NCBI GenBank assembly: GCA_965228855.1
Contig: CBDDIJ010000005.1
Coordinates: 64,001 to 128,000, forward strand
Source of the DNA: Candidatus Obscuribacterales bacterium
Lineage (GTDB): Bacteria; Cyanobacteriota; Vampirovibrionia; Obscuribacterales; Obscuribacteraceae
Length of the DNA stretch: 64,000 bases
Reading direction: 5' to 3'
In this document: piece by piece, positions 19,482 through 27,196 of the stretch
How the letters are laid out: each line of letters starts with the position of its first letter
How positions within the stretch are numbered: position 1 is the stretch's first letter
Made by a program: the position numbers and the translations under genes
The notes under the pieces: generated by a model
Seen by the model: the letters and a program-made list of their open reading frames with translations, nothing else
The model's database searches: none
Told to the model about the DNA's origin: nothing

Positions 19482-20582
19482 ATGACTGAAAATAGTTTGA
19501 AAACGAGTTCGGTGACTTACTGCAGTTTGAATGAACTGGAAGGTTTGGCGCAGGAGAAGCTGAACCGGATGACGTTCGATTATTACGCCGGTGGCGCCGG
19601 AGATGAGCTGACGCTGCGGGATAACATCGATGCGTTCAACAGGATAAAACTGTTTCCGCGCATGCTTGTCGATTCAAGCAAGTTAAACACGGAAGTCGAG
19701 ATCTTGGGAACGCGATTGGCTAGTCCACTGATGATCGCTCCTATGGCGTTTCAACGTCTGGCACACGAGCATGGCGAAATTGCGATGGCGAGAGCCGCTG
19801 GCAGAGCCGGATGCGGCATGGTAGTCAGCACGCTGGCAACGTCTTCACTGGAAGAGATTGCGGAAGCTGGGTCGACTCCACTGTGGTTTCAACTTTACGT
19901 CTACAAAGATCGGCAGATCACAATTGACCTGTTGGAACGGGCAGCAGCTGCAGGTTTTAAAGCCATCGTTGTAACTGTTGATTCACCGGTTCTCGGTAGA
20001 AGATTTCGAGATATGAGAAACCTTTTCCATTTACCGACTCATTTGAAGTGTGGAAATTTGACCGGCGCACTTCAAAGCATTCCGGTAAAAGAAGGTGACT
20101 CGGGACTTGCAGCGTACATCGCATCGATGTACGACGTGAGTTTGACATGGGAAAGTTTGAGATGGATAACGAAGCAAACTAAATTGCCGGTATTAGTCAA
20201 AGGCGTTTTGAGAGCCGACGACACAAAACTCGCGATTGAAAACGGCGCTGCCGGCATCATCGTCTCCAACCACGGGGGACGCCAGCTAGACACGACGGTC
20301 GCAACAATCGATGCTCTTTCTGATGTGGTCAGAGCGGCAGACGGCGAAGTTCCGGTCATCGTCGATGGTGGCATCCGCCGTGGAACCGATATTCTCAAAG
20401 CTCTGGCATTCGGCGCAAAAGCCGTCCTCGTCGGTCGTCCTATGCTATGGGGCTTAGCACTCGAAGGCGAAGATGGCGTTTATAAAGTGATGGAAACGTT
20501 AAAAGACGAACTTCGCAACGCGCTTATTTTGTCCGGTTATCCCGACGTCACATCTGTGGACAGAAGTCTTCTTGGCTCATAA
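19482..20582 (+). CDS. FMN-dependent alpha-hydroxy-acid oxidase/dehydrogenase (glycolate/lactate oxidase family)
   Basis: DYYAGGA, WFQLY, TVD.P..GRR, SNHGGRQLD, DGGIRRGTD. Confidence 0.93.
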   Translation: MTENSLKTSSVTYCSLNELEGLAQEKLNRMTFDYYAGGAGDELTLRDNIDAFNRIKLFPRMLVDSSKLNTEVEILGTRLASPLMIAPMAFQRLAHEHGEIAMARAAGRAGCGMVVSTLATSSLEEIAEAGSTPLWFQLYVYKDRQITIDLLERAAAAGFKAIVVTVDSPVLGRRFRDMRNLFHLPTHLKCGNLTGALQSIPVKEGDSGLAAYIASMYDVSLTWESLRWITKQTKLPVLVKGVLRADDTKLAIENGAAGIIVSNHGGRQLDTTVATIDALSDVVRAADGEVPVIVDGGIRRGTDILKALAFGAKAVLVGRPMLWGLALEGEDGVYKVMETLKDELRNALILSGYPDVTSVDRSLLGS

Positions 20583-20627
20583 AGCAGGTTTCACAGCATA
20601 GTAAACGGTTAATTTTGCGAGGACAAA

Positions 20628-21572
20628 ATGGCAAAGGAAACAGCACCGCGCATAGTATCACTGATCGCCAGCTCGACCGAAATAATTCACGCACTCGACA
20701 TGGGGAAATACATGGTCGGGCGCTCCCACGAATGCGATTTTCCATTGTCCATAAAGAGCTTGCCGGTCTGTACAGGTCCGAAATTCAATGTTGATGGCAG
20801 CAGCTATGAAATCGATCAACGCGTGAAAGCAATTGTTCAAGAGTCTCTGTCGGTTTATAAAGTATTCGCGGATAAACTGAACGAACTCGCTCCGACCCAC
20901 ATCATAACGCAGGCGCAGTGCGAAGTCTGCGCGGTCAGCCTCAAAGATGTAGAGGTGGCTGTCTGCGACTTGATTACGTCTCAACCGCAAATCGTGTCAC
21001 TTCAACCTGATTGTCTGGAAGATGTGTGGACAGATATTCGAAAAGTCGGTAATGCACTAGATATCCCAGAGAAAGCCGAGATCGTAATCACTGGTCTGAA
21101 ACAGCGCATTGCCGAAGTAAGTGAAAAGGCGCAGGCTGTTTCTAAGCAAGAAGGAAGGAAACGAACGGTAGCGATTATCGAGTGGATTGATCCATTAATG
21201 GCGGCCGGCAACTGGATGCCAGAACTTGTTGATCTCGTAGGCGGCGAAAACCTCTTCGGCGTTGCCGGAAAGCATTCGCCCTGGATGCAGTGGGATGACG
21301 TGGTTCAAAAAGACCCGGATGTCTTAATCGTGACGCCGTGCGGTTTTGACAATGAGAGAACTTTGCAAGAGATGCATTTGATTTCAGGAAAGCCGGGTTA
21401 TGAAAACCTGAAAGCGGTGAAAAGTAAACATGTGTATGTCGCCGACGGCAACCAATACTTCAATCGCCCCGGCCCCAGGCTGGTAGAGAGTCTTGAGATG
21501 ATGGCCGAGTTGATTTATCCGGAAATTTTCGACTACGGTCATAAGGGCACTGGCTGGGTCGAGTTTTCTTGA
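20628..21572 (+). CDS. BtuF-like cobalamin/Fe-siderophore-binding family protein without signal peptide
   Basis: RIVSL..S.TE, VGRSHECDFP, TQAQCEVCAV, EWIDP, FNRPGPRL. Confidence 0.85.
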   Translation: MAKETAPRIVSLIASSTEIIHALDMGKYMVGRSHECDFPLSIKSLPVCTGPKFNVDGSSYEIDQRVKAIVQESLSVYKVFADKLNELAPTHIITQAQCEVCAVSLKDVEVAVCDLITSQPQIVSLQPDCLEDVWTDIRKVGNALDIPEKAEIVITGLKQRIAEVSEKAQAVSKQEGRKRTVAIIEWIDPLMAAGNWMPELVDLVGGENLFGVAGKHSPWMQWDDVVQKDPDVLIVTPCGFDNERTLQEMHLISGKPGYENLKAVKSKHVYVADGNQYFNRPGPRLVESLEMMAELIYPEIFDYGHKGTGWVEFS

Positions 21573-21596
21573 CGTTGAATTTCTGCTATAACTTGG

Positions 21597-22310
21597 ATGT
21601 TTCCAAGGATTCACTTGGCGCTCAGGTATCTAATTTTGCATTATTCAACAATCCTTTTCGACTTTGATGGCACGTTGACGCACTCGCTGCCGATGTGGAT
21701 GCGCGCTTATCAATACGCGCTGTCGCAGTATGGTATCAATCTTGCGACAGAGGAAGTGATCGGCAAATGTTTCTATCGCCCGTGGAGAGATCTCGTCGTC
21801 GACTTTGAACTGCCGTCGATAACCGATTTCGGTGCGCATGTAAATGTCGGTCTAGAAGCGGCAATGCCTGAGGCCGTTCTGTTCGATGACGTTGAGAACT
21901 TTCTGGAAGCCTGCAGACTACGTGGTATCAAACTCGGTATCGTAACCTCTTCCACCAAAAAAGTAGTTCGCACTTTCATCCAGGAGAATAACCTGGAAGG
22001 TTACTTTGCAACAGTAATCACGGCCGATGATATCATCAACTTCAAGCCCCACCCAGAGCCCGTCTTCAAGGGATTGGCAGAAATAGGCGGCACTCCCGAC
22101 ACAAGTCTATTCGTTGGTGACTCATCAGCCGACATGCTCGCCGCGGAAGCTGCCGGCTTGCACAAAGCATTGTTTCTGCCGGATGAACACCTAAGCTTTT
22201 ACGACTTTACCGAGCTGCGCAACCACGAACCGCATCTGGTTTTCCACAAATACTCAGAAATTTTGTCCCGCTTAGAAGCAGTTCCACATGAGACGGCCGA
22301 CACTATCTAG
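21597..22310 (+). CDS. HAD-superfamily phosphatase
   Basis: FDFDGTL, VTS, KPHPE, VGDS..D motifs; exact start uncertain. Confidence 0.88.
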   Translation: MFPRIHLALRYLILHYSTILFDFDGTLTHSLPMWMRAYQYALSQYGINLATEEVIGKCFYRPWRDLVVDFELPSITDFGAHVNVGLEAAMPEAVLFDDVENFLEACRLRGIKLGIVTSSTKKVVRTFIQENNLEGYFATVITADDIINFKPHPEPVFKGLAEIGGTPDTSLFVGDSSADMLAAEAAGLHKALFLPDEHLSFYDFTELRNHEPHLVFHKYSEILSRLEAVPHETADTI

Positions 22311-22397
22311 ACGCGAACATTCAGATCAATTCAGTTCCATTCAGTCTGAGCCCGCGACTTGACATCCGTTCGATCTATAGCTTTTCCTTCAGCATCG

Positions 22398-22474
22398 CCG
22401 ATGCTAGTCCGCTGCCAGTCCGATGCCAGTCCGATGACAGTCCGATGCCGGTCCGATGCCGGTCCGCTGACATA
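22398..22474. repeat. 11-bp tandem repeat, 7 copies (consensus CCGATGCCAGT)
   Basis: ccgatgctagt ccgctgccagt ccgatgccagt ccgatgacagt ccgatgccggt ccgatgccggt ccgctgacata. Confidence 0.9.
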
Positions 22475-22572
22475 CCAACTGCGGCATGACTTCTCATAAT
22501 CTCTCATACCTTGCGGGGAATGGCGACTTAGGGCATGTTACAGGCGGTATCAAAACTTGAGCGCTCCATATC

Positions 22573-22626
22573 GCATGCGGAATAGCGTGCGGAATACGAG
22601 CGTGCGGGACAAGCGCATGCGGAATA
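22573..22626. repeat. Four copies of GCRTGCGGRAYA just downstream of ruvC
   Basis: gcatgcggaata, gcgtgcggaata, gcgtgcgggaca, gcatgcggaata with 0-3 nt spacers. Confidence 0.8.
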
Positions 22627-22646
22627 AGCGCCGGCGCCCCGTGAAT

Positions 22647-23180
22647 CTATGGCTTCTGAACTTCCGCGTTGGTCCGCAACGCGGCGCGCAGCGCAGATGA
22701 CACATCCATGCGGGCATGACAAACGGCAATGGCAATCGCGTCGTTGGCATCATCCGGTTTAATTATCTGCGACAGATTCAGCAGTTTAGCGACAGCTGTT
22801 TGAACAAAAGACTTGTCAGCGCGCCCATGGCCGGTCAGGCAGAGCTTAACCTGCATTGGCGTGTACTCAGCGACTTCATAACCACCAGTTGCGGCCGATT
22901 CAAGAATCACGCCCCGCGCTTGCGAAACAGGAACGAGGGTTTTGGCATTCTTGAAAAAGAAAATAGCCTCGACTGCCACCACATCCGGCTTATACTCATC
23001 TAAAAGTGTGATCATGTCAGCGCGAATCATTGCGAGCCGCTGCGGATTACTCATTGTTTTTGGGGTGGAGATAACCCCCGAAGTTATATATCGATAAGAG
23101 TCACCTTCTCTCTTGTCCACGACACCGAAGCCCACTGCGGCTGTTCCCGGGTCGATTCCCAATATTCGATGAGTCGACAA
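22647..23180 (-). CDS. ruvC: Holliday junction resolvase RuvC
   Basis: ILGIDPG, VAVE, QARG, EYTP..VK, G.GRADK, PDDANDA; all four acidic residues present. Confidence 0.95.
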   Translation of the reverse strand: MSTHRILGIDPGTAAVGFGVVDKREGDSYRYITSGVISTPKTMSNPQRLAMIRADMITLLDEYKPDVVAVEAIFFFKNAKTLVPVSQARGVILESAATGGYEVAEYTPMQVKLCLTGHGRADKSFVQTAVAKLLNLSQIIKPDDANDAIAIAVCHARMDVSSALRAALRTNAEVQKP

Positions 23181-23231
23181 CAGATATCCCTCAAATAACT
23201 CTCAAACAAAGAAGCTCAAGACCGTGTAACA

Positions 23232-24899
23232 TTGACACGTACAGAGAGTAGCCGAAGAGTGTTCAGCAAGCAAGTAGTTAGAGATACCACCGAGCTATTC
23301 GGCAGAAAAACTGCGCTGCAGCGTCTCGGCGTCGGTTATAAACTGCCGGTAGCATTTTTCTTCGGTTGTCTATTCGGGCTGTCCAGCGCCGGTTTCGAGC
23401 TCTGGTGGTTGGCGTGGATAGGTTTGGCACCACTTCTGGTGCTGCTGCGAGGAGTCAACAGCAAATTAGAGGCGGCTTCCGTTGGACTTTCATTCGGCGT
23501 CGGCTATCACGGCGTGTCGCTCTCCTGGTATCTAGGTCTCGGTACTCTCAGCTGGCTAGGGTTCCATGAAATTCTTGGCACCCAAATCAGCATGTTTATC
23601 TGGATTCTCGAATCGCTCCACCAGGCGCTCCTCATTGCCGGCTTTGCCACGCTTGTATATTGCTTGCCGCTGCGCGCCGGCTTCCTTCCAAACATAGAAC
23701 GACCGTTCTTCCCATACTTGTTGTCGGTGCCACTAATCTGGGTTTTTCTTCAGTGGATGATCGCACCTTCAGAGATTTTTGTAGGATTGCCGATAAACCA
23801 ACTCGCCTATTCGCAGTACAAGCAGCTTCCGCTCATTCAACTCGCATCAATCGGCGGCAGTGGCAGCATCGATTTTATAATCGTATTGGTCAATGCCACC
23901 ATCTCCAATCTATTCCTGGAAGTCAGCCATAGTGCGCGTCGACTCGGCGCACGCACAGACAATTTCTCCACCAGATTCGGTGGCTTATTCGATTTCACCG
24001 TCACGATTATCGCTCTAATCGGGATCTGCTCGTGGGGCAACACACGCATCGCGGCGATCAATGAGCGCATCGACGCAGCCACCGCGATGGCACTGGACTC
24101 GCATTCACCGCCGGTCTCAGTTGCAGTCGTCCAGGGCAACGTGACGATCGAAGAAGAGCGGTTGAATATTTCAAAACCAACAGAGATTGCAAAACGCTAT
24201 TCGACACTGTGTGCCAACCTCGGGTCCTCGATGCTTTGTTTGCCCGAAGGAGCGATTAACGCTGCTCAAATGCAGCCTGGCTGCCTGCTAAGTATCCTCA
24301 AAAACATCGTTTTCAAACAAAAGAAAGAAGTCATCGTCGGCACGATTGAAACGCTTCAAAACGGACTCGCGAATGGCGCTGAATTGATCACGCCAGCTCG
24401 TCAGAGCCGTGATTTGTATCTAAAACAACGCCTTGTTCCGCTTGGCGAATTCGCGCCACAGTTTTTCAACGACGAGCGGATTCCCAATCGCGTCCGCAGT
24501 CGCATTCCGGCAAGTCGGGAATCGTACCTGTCTGCACACTCGGCACAACTGGCGAAAAGCCAGTATGGCAAGGTCGGGATGTCGGTTTATATCGAGCTGA
24601 TCTACCCGAAGCTCATCGCCGACGAAGTGCGAAACGGAGCGTCATTGCTTGTAAATGTTTCGAACCTTGCCTGGTTTCACAACGCATCAATCAATCGCCA
24701 ATTGCTGGCGGCAGCGGTGCTGCGCTCAGTGGAAAACGAGCGCTACCTTGTGCTTGCCGCCAACACCGGAATTTCGGCAGTTATTGACCCGACCGGCATG
24801 ATTAACAGTATGTCTTTACCTGGACGGCGTGGAGTGCTCCTCAACACGATACAATTCCTGTACAGTAAGACTCCCTTCAGTAAAATGTGGTGGTTGTGA
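23232..24899 (+). CDS. lnt: Apolipoprotein N-acyltransferase-like protein (catalytic Cys substituted)
   Basis: TM region, LAYSQ, VQGN, LPEG, KQRLVPLGE, SN.AWF, LRSVENER..V.AANTGIS..IDP.G. Confidence 0.85.
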   Translation: MTRTESSRRVFSKQVVRDTTELFGRKTALQRLGVGYKLPVAFFFGCLFGLSSAGFELWWLAWIGLAPLLVLLRGVNSKLEAASVGLSFGVGYHGVSLSWYLGLGTLSWLGFHEILGTQISMFIWILESLHQALLIAGFATLVYCLPLRAGFLPNIERPFFPYLLSVPLIWVFLQWMIAPSEIFVGLPINQLAYSQYKQLPLIQLASIGGSGSIDFIIVLVNATISNLFLEVSHSARRLGARTDNFSTRFGGLFDFTVTIIALIGICSWGNTRIAAINERIDAATAMALDSHSPPVSVAVVQGNVTIEEERLNISKPTEIAKRYSTLCANLGSSMLCLPEGAINAAQMQPGCLLSILKNIVFKQKKEVIVGTIETLQNGLANGAELITPARQSRDLYLKQRLVPLGEFAPQFFNDERIPNRVRSRIPASRESYLSAHSAQLAKSQYGKVGMSVYIELIYPKLIADEVRNGASLLVNVSNLAWFHNASINRQLLAAAVLRSVENERYLVLAANTGISAVIDPTGMINSMSLPGRRGVLLNTIQFLYSKTPFSKMWWL

Positions 24900-25372
24900 A
24901 GATATTGACTACTAAATTCCGAATTCCGCTCATAATGACGCTCCTCGTGACGGCATTCACAATGCAATCTTTGTTTCTGGAAGCGATTGGAAAAATGCCA
25001 ACAGCCACAATTGGAAAAAACATCATCAACCTGGAAGTAGCTCAAACTCCAAAAGAAATCGAGCGCGGCTTGATGGGCAGAACAGCCCTGGACCAGAACA
25101 GCGGAATGGTGTTCCTATTCACTCCGCCACGCGGCGTTCGCTTCTGGATGTACAACTGCTTCATCTCGCTGGACATGATCTTCATCAAAGACGGCAAAAT
25201 TATGCGCATTTGCAAAGACGTGCCACCATGCAAATCGCAAGACCCGACGCAATGTCCGACGTATCCGGAAGGAGAAGACGTTTCCGTCTCTGAAGTTATC
25301 GAGGTCAACGCCGGATACTGTGAAAAGAATGGTATCAAGGAAGGTGACACTGTGAAGTTCGATTTTAAATAA
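24887..25372 (+). CDS. DUF192 family protein
   Basis: LEVA.T...ERGLM.R, GMVF.F, FWM.N...LDMIF, VIEVNAG.....GIKEGD. Confidence 0.88.
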   Translation: MVVVKILTTKFRIPLIMTLLVTAFTMQSLFLEAIGKMPTATIGKNIINLEVAQTPKEIERGLMGRTALDQNSGMVFLFTPPRGVRFWMYNCFISLDMIFIKDGKIMRICKDVPPCKSQDPTQCPTYPEGEDVSVSEVIEVNAGYCEKNGIKEGDTVKFDFK

Positions 25373-26157
25373 TGCGAGAAACCGAGAAGTCCATGGAAGA
25401 TAAGTTCGATATTGTTCAAACAGAAATAGTCGATGGTGTGGGCTGGATAACGCTAAACCGTCCTGGCATGCGCAACGCTATTTCGCACGACATGTGGATG
25501 GCGATTCCAGAAAAGCTTTCCTGGATGCACGACAATGGCGCAAAGGCTGTCGTTTTCTGTGGCGCAGGAGGCAACTTCGCATCTGGTGCCGATCTCGAAG
25601 AGATGGAACAAATCGATAACTACGCTCGCGCACAAACTTTTTGGCATGCGTTGAGTGAAGCTCTCGACTATGTTTATGCTTTTGAACTACCGCTGATAGC
25701 CATGATTGACGGCGCCTGCATCGGTGGAGGCTTATTACTTTCGGTCGCTTGTGATTTGCGATACGCAAGTGCAAATGCCTCCTTCGGAGTACCCGTATCG
25801 CGGCTAGGCATCGTGCTGGACGACGACAATATCGCTCGGTTAACCTACCTGGTGGGACCGGCAAAAGCAAAAGAAATTCTGTTCACCGGAGACGTTATAA
25901 CCGCTCAAGAAGCGCATTCTATCGGACTGGTTAATAAGGTCGAAGATGTTGCAGATCTGCGCGCGACTGTTGAACGTGTTTCAAAACGTATCGCGGAAAA
26001 CGGTTACGCTTCAATCATCGAGTCGAAGCGCTCAGTGCGACGCGCAATGTCGGAAGGCGCTCGCAGTGGGCTTCTCCCGCAACACGAAACCGTCGTCGTC
26101 AGCAGCTATCTGACTTCAGATTTTAGAACGCGCATCAAACGTTTCTTCGGCGACTAG
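25372..26157 (+). CDS. Enoyl-CoA hydratase/isomerase (crotonase) family protein
   Basis: ITLNRP..RNA, FASGADL, G.CIGGG, ACDLR, AKEILFTG, GLVN. Confidence 0.9.
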   Translation: MRETEKSMEDKFDIVQTEIVDGVGWITLNRPGMRNAISHDMWMAIPEKLSWMHDNGAKAVVFCGAGGNFASGADLEEMEQIDNYARAQTFWHALSEALDYVYAFELPLIAMIDGACIGGGLLLSVACDLRYASANASFGVPVSRLGIVLDDDNIARLTYLVGPAKAKEILFTGDVITAQEAHSIGLVNKVEDVADLRATVERVSKRIAENGYASIIESKRSVRRAMSEGARSGLLPQHETVVVSSYLTSDFRTRIKRFFGD

Positions 26158-26173
26158 TCATAGCCTCCGGAAT

Positions 26174-26488
26174 TCAAATTCCCACAAGTTTCCGAAAATC
26201 GGAGACGAATTGGGCTACGTCACTCCAGAGAAAACCTATGACGCCAAACAGAGCGATTAAAATGCCACCGCTTCTCCAAATCTCAGTCCGCCGACGGTCA
26301 AGACATTGATAGCTGCACCTAAGACTATCGGTAAAAGACAATTTGCAGGCTGCAAAGGCGTTTGAGAACAATTGCACGCCCCCATGTTTTCGTACCTGAA
26401 TGAATAAACCTGCCACCAACGCGATGACAGAGACCGCCAAAATCACGAGCGGAAACAGATACAACATCGTGAAGAAGACTTCGTGCAT
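26174..26488 (-). CDS. Small two-TM hypothetical protein
   Basis: Two hydrophobic helices; paralogous to 26542-26745; purine-rich sequence upstream. Confidence 0.6.
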   Translation of the reverse strand: MHEVFFTMLYLFPLVILAVSVIALVAGLFIQVRKHGGVQLFSNAFAACKLSFTDSLRCSYQCLDRRRTEIWRSGGILIALFGVIGFLWSDVAQFVSDFRKLVGI

Positions 26489-26541
26489 AATCCAGGTCCC
26501 ATTACCCCCTTCCCATCGTACTAAAAATCAGCTTGCCTCGT

Positions 26542-26745
26542 CTAACCAAGTGCGATCACGCAGGACCAAACGATAATGAGGATGTTCAGGCAGAACAAAG
26601 TAATTAAGATGCCACCTGTAAGTCCCGGAAGCGCTTTGAAAAACTTGCACCTTTTCGTGAGCGCGGCTGCTAGCGCGATAACAGCGACCGCCGAAATCAC
26701 GAGCGGAAGCAAGTACAGAATAGCGAAGAGAACCTCGAGCATCAT
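26542..26745 (-). CDS. Small two-TM hypothetical protein (paralog of 26174-26488)
   Basis: MLEVLFAILYLLPLVISAVAVIAL vs MHEVFFTMLYLFPLVILAVSVIAL; shared GGILI..F. Confidence 0.55.
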   Translation of the reverse strand: MMLEVLFAILYLLPLVISAVAVIALAAALTKRCKFFKALPGLTGGILITLFCLNILIIVWSCVIALG

Positions 26746-27023
26746 CTCGGCGCAGGAAGATTTACGAAACCTCCACGATTACATAGCGAGGGATGATGCC
26801 GATGCAGCAGATCGCTGGATCGACAACCTGGTCAAAAATTTCGATGTTTTAACGGCAGCCCGGAATAGGGAAGAGGCGCGATGATCTGAAACGTGACTTT
26901 AGAATCATCACTGAAGGTGACTACATCATCATTTATCGCGTGAACAAGAGAACTGACTCCGTCGAAATAGTTCGCGTCGTGCATGGGAAACGCGACCTTC
27001 GGAAAGCCTTATCAGAAGTGTGA
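26741..27023 (+). pseudogene. parE: ParE/RelE-family toxin pseudogene (5'-truncated, frameshifted)
   Basis: Frame A gives SAQEDLRNLHDYIARDDADAADRWIDNLVKNFDVL. After a +1 shift near 26855 the frame reads QPGIGKRRDDLKRDFRIITEGDYIIIYRVNKRTDSVEIVRVVHGKRDLRKALSEV*. Confidence 0.85.
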
Positions 27024-27196
27024 GATCCCGTGAACCTAGCAGCTCGACAATGCGACCATTTGGACTCTCATTTTCCGTTCGCGTTGTTTTCGGCGCCAAC
27101 CAGCGAGAATTGTTTCAATCTAGTAGATTGAAGCTAGAACATTAATCGCCCCAACGCGGGCATAAGTAGATAGAGATAGATCAGCGAGAAACAACG

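Noticed and set aside
20628..21572. BtuF-like protein with no signal peptide or permease
   Set aside because: Such stand-alone members are a common known subfamily, so not treated as novel.
22398..22626. Possible CRISPR array
   Set aside because: Units are 11-12 bp without unique spacers, and there are no cas genes; the nearby ruvC is the ordinary resolvase.
25372..26157. Crotonase lacking both catalytic glutamates
   Set aside because: Widespread among crotonase subfamilies, so not evidence of a pseudo-enzyme.
26576..26884. 102-aa plus-strand ORF as a real gene
   Set aside because: Chimera of antisense membrane-ORF sequence and the first half of the parE remnant.
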